From Eledone cirrhosa (lineage: Eukaryota): a DNA stretch of 64,000 bases. Position 1 is the first letter of the stretch. Each line of letters starts with the position of its first letter. The DNA is taken from assembly GCA_964016885.1 (NCBI GenBank), contig OZ024742.1, positions 169,074,001-169,138,000 on the forward strand. The letters are read 5' to 3'. Below are positions 57,335-64,000 of this stretch, piece after piece. The notes under the pieces were generated by a model, which ran no database searches, was not told the origin of the DNA, and saw only the letters and a program-made list of their open reading frames with translations. The position numbers and the translations under genes are program-made.

Positions 57335-58728
57335 AAAAAAAACAAGGAAATAACTCATGAAGAAAAATCAATATTTTTATAACGCAAAAGTTTACAACAC
57401 ATTTAACCTTTGTTGCTAATTACAGCCTGTAGGCGTTTGGAGTAGCCTCCTACAAACTTCTTGCATGTTTCTTGGTTAATATTTTTCCATTCTTCACAAC
57501 AAATTTTCTTTAGTTCAGGGTTTCCTTTTTTGAATTCTGAGTTTCAGTTCTCTCCACAAATTTTTGATCGGGTTAAGATCTGGAGACTGACTTGGCCATT
57601 TTAGAACATTTATTCCATTCGTACTTAACCAAGATTGTGTTAGTTTTGAAGACCGTTATCTTGTTGAAAAAACCAACCTGGCTTTAAGCCGAGAGAATGA
57701 GCACTTTGATGTAAATCCTTTGCAAAATACCTCTATAATAAGCGCCATCCATTCTTCCTTCTATTATTTCAATATTTCCTACAACTGTGGCACTAAAGCA
57801 ACTCCAGACCATGATTGATCCACCTCCAAATTTTACAGTTGGAATAATATTCTTCAGCGAATATTCAGTACCTTTCTTTTTCCAGACTTTTGCCACAGCA
57901 TTTCGACCAAAAAGTTAAATTTTTGTTTCGTCCGACCAAAGTACATCTTCCCAAAATGACGCAGGTTTGATGAGATGCTCATTTGCAAAGTTTAATCGAC
58001 GAAGAACGTGTTTCCTCGTAAGAAGTGGTGTTTTCCTTGGAGACCTTGAGAAGATATCATATCGATGTAGTGAACGACTAATTGTATCTGTGCTCATTTT
58101 TACTCCACTTCCTTCTAGGTCATCCTGAAGATTTTTAAGAGTACACCGGTGTTCATTGCCAACCTTTCTCGTCAATAACCGAGCTGCACGTTCCGTTATC
58201 TTTCTAGGACAACCAGAACTAATTAGAGGACAGATGGAATGATGAGATTTCCAGTGACGCATTATAGTACCAACTGAACTCAATGGCACATTTAACTGCC
58301 AAGATATCTTTCTATAACCAACACGGTTTGTATGGTGTTTACGGAGGTCTTGATCAATCAGTTTATTTTTCCCCATATTGTCAATGTTTACAGGATGGTT
58401 GTCAGACAAATAATGATGTAATGTTTTTAATAGTCCTTAGAAGTTACCTTAAACCTAATCGAGAACATTCTACTGAATTTTAAATCTGAAAATTTAAGAA
58501 TTTTCTTGAAAAAAAGCGCTAAATATAAAATGTGTTGTAAACTTTTGCGTTATAAAAATATTGAATTTTCTTCATGAGTTATTTCCTTGTTATTTTTTTT
58601 CAAATATGATTGTATCATTAAATGCCTCATATGTTCTATCAGTAGTTAAATTTTCATTACCCTAACTTTATTAAAAATACCTAAAACCGCATTTTTCCTA
58701 ATGTGTTGTAAACTTTTGCGGGGCACTG
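57335..58728 (-). mobile_element. Tc1-family (IR/DR type) DNA transposon, decayed; left TIR truncated
   Basis: Right TIR about 58528-58728 ends CACTG|TA and has two direct repeats TGTGTTGTAAACTTTTGCG; its inner ~70 bp are mirrored at 57335-57404. Confidence 0.92.
57403..58376 (-). pseudogene. Tc1 transposase pseudogene
   Basis: [43 protein letters not shown] and [15 protein letters not shown] (catalytic E replaced by K); stops and frameshifts present. Confidence 0.92.
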
Positions 58729-58838
58729 TATATATATATATATATATGAATGCAAAAGGTAAACAGAAATAACAAAGCAAACAACACAGTACACTGAAGA
58801 AATATATTAGTTTAACACTTGATATAGTAGGAAAAAAG

Positions 58839-58874
58839 TCTTAACGTTTCAGACACTAGTCCTTCATCAGAAGA
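58839..58874 (-). ncRNA. Minimal type I hammerhead motif in a short PLE-like remnant (about 58748-58880)
   Basis: ucuu CUGAUGA a ggac-uagu-gucu GAAA cg UU^aaga; palindromic ACGU stem III; 4-bp stem I. Confidence 0.75.
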
Positions 58875-59074
58875 TAAATATATATATATATATGCATATA
58901 TACATTATATATATATATATATGTGACAGCTAATGAGAGATATTTAGATACAAAAAGAGGGGGGTTTAAAGAGGAGAGAGCATTTAGTTAAATGCAGATT
59001 TGTTGCCCTGGTCAGGTTTGGGTTTCATGTCAAATATGACATACTTGCTGCAAATCTATTCCAGCAAAATCTTC

Positions 59075-59151
59075 TCAAGTCTTCTCAATATAGTTCAAAG
59101 GGAACAAACCAATTCGATCTCTCAGTTTTCCTTTCCACCAGCCACTAGGAT
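59075..59151 (-). CDS. Terminal coding exon of an SH3-domain protein, most like the C-terminus of long-tailed myosin I (MYO1E/F type)
   Basis: Polypyrimidine tract and CAG acceptor (tttgtttttttctattccag|AT), then (D)[24 protein letters not shown], matching the SH3 WW.G....GLFP.NY signature; upstream exons not found in the window. Confidence 0.82.
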
Positions 59152-59183
59152 CTGGAATAGAAAAAAACAAAAGCATTAATGTT

Positions 59184-59370
59184 AGTATCGGTAGTGTTGG
59201 ACATCATGCTTCGCAGCATAGTTACTTCCCTTTACATTCTGAGTTCAAATCCCACCAAGGTTAACTTTGCCTTTCATCCTTCCAGGGTCGATAAAATAAA
59301 GTACCAGTAATGCATTAGGGTCAATTTATTCCCCTCCCCAAAAATTGTTGGTAGAAACAAGGTAGAAATA
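59184..59370 (+). mobile_element. tRNA-derived SINE, copy 1 (5'-truncated)
   Basis: B-box GAGTTCAAATCC; body GGTTAACTTTGCCTTTCATCC..GGGTCGATAAAATAAAGTACCAG shared with three downstream copies. Confidence 0.85.
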
Positions 59371-59607
59371 ATTATTATCATTATTTTTATCTCGCATCAT
59401 TACTGCTTTACGGAGCACAGCTCTGCGCACCTTTGGTATGAGCAGTGTAGTTTTTGCTGATGTTGTTTCTATTGTATTGATAATACTTTTCGTAATATGT
59501 GTGCAGTGCCTAGTGGTGCTATTTTTTGTATGCTGTATATATTTGTAAGTCCTGGGGTTTTGGTTATGTATTTGTCTGTGTGTTTTTTTATCATTCCCAG
59601 AACACCT
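59371..59607 (-). mobile_element. 3' fragment of an R4/Dong-type non-LTR retrotransposon
   Basis: Minus strand reads VLGMIKKHTDKYITKTPGLTNIYSIQKIAPLGTAHILRKVLSIQ*; flanked by (TAA)n. Confidence 0.78.
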
Positions 59608-59626
59608 ATTATTATTATTATTATAA

Positions 59627-60260
59627 GGACGGTGGATTGGCAGTATCGGTAGAGGGTCGGACGCCATGCTTTCCAGCATAGTTACGTCCCTTTGCGGTCT
59701 GAGTTCAAATCCCGCCGAGGTTAACTTTGCCTTTCATCCCCCGTAGGGTCGATAAAATAAAGTACCAGTAATACACTGGGTAATTTCTGGCCTTGTGCCA
59801 AAAGTAGAAACAATTATTATTATTATTATTATTATGTAAATTGGCAGTATCAGTAGAGCATCAGACAACTACCTTTGCAGCATAGAGTTACTTCTCTTTA
59901 CATTCTGAATTCAAATCCCGCTGAGGTTAGCTTTGCCTATCATGCTTATGGAGTCGGTAAAATAAAGCACCAGTAATACACTGGGGTCAATTTAATCGAC
60001 CTTCCCCTCGCCCAGGATTGCTGTCCTTGTGCCTTAAGTAGAAACAATTATTATTATTATTATAACTAATATAACTAGAGCGGTGGATTGGCAGTATTGG
60101 TAGAGGGTCGGATGCCATGCTTTCCAGCATAGTTACGTCCCTTTACGGTCCGAGGTTAACTTTGCCTTTCATCCTTACGGGGTCGATAAAATAAAGTACC
60201 AGTAATGTACTGCGTAATTGATGGCCCTGTGCCAAAAGTAGAAACAATTATTATTATAAC
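59627..60260 (+). mobile_element. Three head-to-tail tRNA-derived SINEs (about 59627-59812, 59839-60046, 60078-60246) with (ATT)n tails
   Basis: A-box-like TGGCAGTATCGG, B-box GTTCAAATCC (deleted in the last copy), shared body and the 3' end CCTTGTGCC..AAGTAGAAACAATTATTATT. Confidence 0.88.
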
Positions 60261-60263
60261 TAT

Positions 60264-60775
60264 TATCGCTCTGACATGCAGTGCAGATGGATAATACACC
60301 AGGGTATTTAATCATCTGTCAATTTACAACCTCAGGTATATAATACTATCCTCAAAACGTGCTCAGTACCTAGTAAAGCCACCTTTTATATGACACAGTA
60401 TTCCTAGTCACTTGAATAAGTTTTGAAATTTCAATGGGATTGACCCTAATGCCCCAATCAAAACTGGTATCACTTTCACATAACCCTCTTGCATTCCAAA
60501 TAGTCTTGCCAGCTCCACTTTCAATTCAGAGTACTTGATGATTTTTTCAATCTCCTTACTTGCAAGATTCATGTCATATGGTATGGACACGTCAATGATT
60601 TGACAGTATTTGTCATTCTTGTTCAATATGACATTGTCCAGTCTGTGATGCTCAATTATTCTATCAGTTTGAAAATCATAATCACTGAATATCATTGCTT
60701 TCCCATCCTCTTGCATTATTTTACAGGATGTGACACTCCATTGGAGTGAGGCGTTTACACTCAATCTAACCTATC
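60264..60775 (-). mobile_element. R4/Dong-type retrotransposon fragment (restriction-like endonuclease region)
   Basis: DYDFQTDRIIEHHRLD...IIDVSIPYD.N...KEIEKIIKYSEL..EL.R.....VKVIPVLIGALG. Confidence 0.85.
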
Positions 60776-60788
60776 TTTCAATGACGAC

Positions 60789-61120
60789 TGTTAGGCTGAC
60801 AATACTAGGTATTCCGCCAATCATAAACATCTGGTGGATCTTGGCATGTGTTATCCTTGGCGATCCAGACAAGTTCAGTGAGGTTAAATGCAGCGAAAGA
60901 AAAATTAGGTCTGGGATAAATCTGAAGATTCTGCTTCAGGTGAAGCCAGACCAAATACAGCTGCCCACGAAGTATACATCTGAATAAATATAGAAGGCAA
61001 AAAACAAAAATGCCATCTGTGTAGAGCCACAAGTGACTTGAGAGCTTCCTGCCCACAAAAGGCAGGAAACCAGAGGCCACTGCTCCTACCAACACCTCGG
61101 CCTCAACTAAAGAAACAACA
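60789..61120 (+). mobile_element. Putative 332-bp solo LTR
   Basis: TGTT...AACA termini; flanks ACGAC / ATGAC (5-bp TSD with one CpG-type mismatch); internal AATAAA near 60983. Confidence 0.6.
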
Positions 61121-61411
61121 ATGACAGTTTAGGAGAGATGGTCACCATTTTAGAAGGCTGCATTGTTTTACGATTTAAAGGGGAGTTCGTTTCCCTAGCT
61201 TGGCTGCTAGAACATCTCTTCTATTTGTTGTTAGGTGTAGGTAAATGATTAAGCAAAAAGAACATACCTCGAGATTATATGTACATGAGCATTTTAATCA
61301 GAGCAATAAACAAAACAGGTTATCATATCAGTTGCTCCTCGACATGATTGGTAATTCGTAATTATCATTTTGTGGGGGTGTTCAAATATCCCGTGACCGC
61401 ATGGTGCAATA

Positions 61412-64000
61412 TCGCTGATTGGCCAAGGTCCCACGATGTCCACATGAATGTGGCAAAACCGAGCGTCCGGGTTACTAAAAGTACCTAGATGAGTCTTAAC
61501 ATGCCTGTGAACTTTTGATTTCTGGCAAGCAACACAGGAACGGCGCCAAACAGTAATATCACGTCTCATATTTGGCCAGAAGAATCTAACCGTTATGAGT
61601 TTTACTGTGGCAGAAGATCCTGGATGTGAAATGCTGTGTAAAATAAGAAACACAGTTCGACGATGGTTCAACGGAACAAAAGGGCGTGGCACATCCAAAG
61701 AGACGTCGCAGAGGATCCGTCCGTCTGCGGTCGATAATGGTAGGTATTTCATCCTGCAATTAACAAATTCAGACGATGTAACATCCAATGATTCGAGGGT
61801 AGGCTGATCGGCTGCCAAGCGAGTAATATCTATGTCATCGGACGCCGAGATTGAAGTAATCGGTAAACGAGACAGGGCGTCGGCCGCTGTATTCATAGAA
61901 CCTGGAATATGTTGAATATCATTAGTAAATTGAGAGATGAGATCGAGATGTCTAGTTTCTCTGGGCGAGTATTTGTCGGCCTTTGCTCGCAAGGCGAATT
62001 GTCAACAGCTTGAGGTCCGTGAAGATGGTGAACGTTCTTCCTTCAAGCATGTGCGAAAAATGCTTCACCGATAAGTATATAGCTAACAACTCCTGTCCAA
62101 AGGTCTGTAGCAGGTTTCGGCAGGTTTCAGCTTCCTGGAGAAAAATTCCAACGGTTGCTGTTGATCATTCCTACTTTGTTGCAAAACTGCACCCACGGCA
62201 GTATCCGATGCATCAACACAAAACGAAAGCTTAGCATTGGACACTGGGTGAGCCAGCAAAGATGCATTGGCTAGAGCAATTTTCACATTCTCAAAATCCT
62301 CGAGCTGAGTTTCATTCAAAGAAATGTCTTTATTTTTCTTTCGGCAATTTTTCAAAATTTCCGTCAAAGAGAAGAGTAGCCTAGCACAATTAGGCACAAA
62401 CCGCCTATAAAAATTAATCAGCCCCAAGAATTGGTGCAACTGACGGAGTGAGGTTGGTGGAGGCAAATCCTCTATAGCTTTAACTCTCTCAGGAATAGGT
62501 CGAATACCGTCAGCGTCAATGACGTGGCCCCAAAAATTCAGAGATTCAGAACCAAAAACACATTTTGATGGATTAATCCGAACATTGTAATCCTTCAAAC
62601 GACAAAATAGAAGGTCCAGATGGCGCAAATGTTTCTCTGGAGAAGAGCTAGCAACAAGAAGATCATCAATATATGTGTATACAAAATCGAGGCCGCGAGT
62701 GACCTCATCCATAAATCACTGGAAGGTGCTAGCAGCATTTCTTAACCCGAAAGGCATGGAGAGAAATTCAAAAGATCCAAATGGCGTAGTTATAGCCATT
62801 TTCAGGATGTCGTCTCTGTTGACAGGAATCTGGTTGTAGGCTTGTATCAAATCGAGTTTCGAAAAAATTTTACAACCTTGCAACGAGGATGCAAAATCCT
62901 GCAGATGAGGGATAGGATACCGATCCTGTACGGTCATTGAGTTCAATTGTCTATAATCCCCTGTGGGTCTCCAATGGCCAGAAGATTTTGGCACCATATG
63001 TAATGGAGATGCCCACGGGCTCGTGGAAGGACGAATAATTCCGAGCTGCAGCATATGATCGAACTCGGACCGTGCTGCTTTCAGTTTGTCTGCTGGCAAT
63101 CGACGGGGACGTGAAAAAACCGGAGCGCCAGTAGTAGTAATGAAATGCTCCGTGGCGTGGTTCGGATCAGTGACTCTAAAATTTCCATGAGTCAGTTGCG
63201 GGAACAATTTCAACAATCCATGATATGGGTTTCCGGAGTTACCGATGAAAAATGTCGGGCTAACTGTAGAAACTTCTGCTGTCCTGCCACAAAGAGAAAA
63301 ACAAGTAATATCGTCGACTAACCGTTGGTGACGGACGTCCACCGTCAAAGAAAATGGTGCAGGAAGTCCGCGCCCAAAATCGGGTATGGCAGGTCGGCAA
63401 CAATGAAAACCCATTTGAAATCCTGACGAAGATTTCGAAACTGAAGAGGAAGCGAGATCTATCCAAAAGTTTGGATTGGTGACTGGTTGACAGCTGGCAA
63501 TTCAATCGACGACTCGAGAGGAGTTACTGTCATACAATTAACTGACCAAATACTACACGAAGCTCCTGTGTCTACGAGGAAGGCTCTTCCAGACAGGAGG
63601 TCCTCTATGAAGAAATGGCAGTTCTATTGTGTCTCGCAGAGTGCACTTGCCGCCTTTAGTGACTCTGATCTACATTTCCCGAAGCTGAATATTTACATGG
63701 AGGCCGGCAATGTTTTGCCTTCTCCGCGAAGGTGGCATGATACCAGCAAAATAATGGATTGCTGGCGGGCGAAGTAGTATGCTGACGTGGAGTCGCGAAA
63801 GAACGTGAACGACTCCTAGGCCGCCAGGAATACGGCCTATTCTCCCTGCATAACCGAGCGACTTGCTGCGTCAAAGCATCAATAGCTTTTAACATGGCAT
63901 CCTCGCGTGTCGAGACGGGCTGGTTCGAAATTACGGGCTGGTTCGAAATTGAAGAAGAAGCAGGTAAATTTGGGCCACCCATTGTCAATCTATATCAGCT
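61412..64000 (-). mobile_element. Decayed Ty3/Gypsy LTR retrotransposon internal region (gag end, protease, RT, RNase H, start of integrase); runs off the right edge
   Basis: CWYH..F...A..C..PC knuckle, [61 protein letters not shown]...HPG...C..CQ and HIHVDIVGP; many stops and frameshifts. Confidence 0.95.

Noticed and set aside
61121-61411. Possible upstream exon of the SH3 gene
   Set aside because: No SH3 N-terminal motif or convincing splice pair was found on the minus strand; left unannotated.

Overview
Eukaryotic, extremely repeat-rich window; the (TA)n density and SINE/LINE families suggest an Octopus-like cephalopod (inference). Bases 1-30.7 kb are one satellite array of two monomer types (25-bp TTGGACGGCTGG+core and 27-29-bp CTGA(T)nAC+core) sharing a 13-bp core AAATTATCTCCCC, with a near-identical 7,633-bp higher-order duplication. 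From 30.7 to 64 kb, (TA)n/(TAA)n microsatellites are packed with mobile elements: Penelope-like elements (PLEs), RTE and R4/Dong LINE fragments, tRNA-derived SINEs, a Tc1-type transposon, a solo LTR and a decayed Gypsy element. The standout is an intact, young GIY-YIG PLE (40.7-46.8 kb) with a separate 421-aa upstream ORF. That ORF appears joined to RT-EN by an HIV-1-like -1 frameshift signal (U UUU UUA GGG AA plus a small stem), and the element's pseudo-LTRs carry hammerhead ribozymes with a U3-A8 core. Ten hammerhead motifs of five sequence types were found by eye. The only host-gene sequence recognised is a terminal SH3 exon (myosin-IE/F-like) at 59075-59151 on the minus strand. All folds and alignments are manual; no searches were run.
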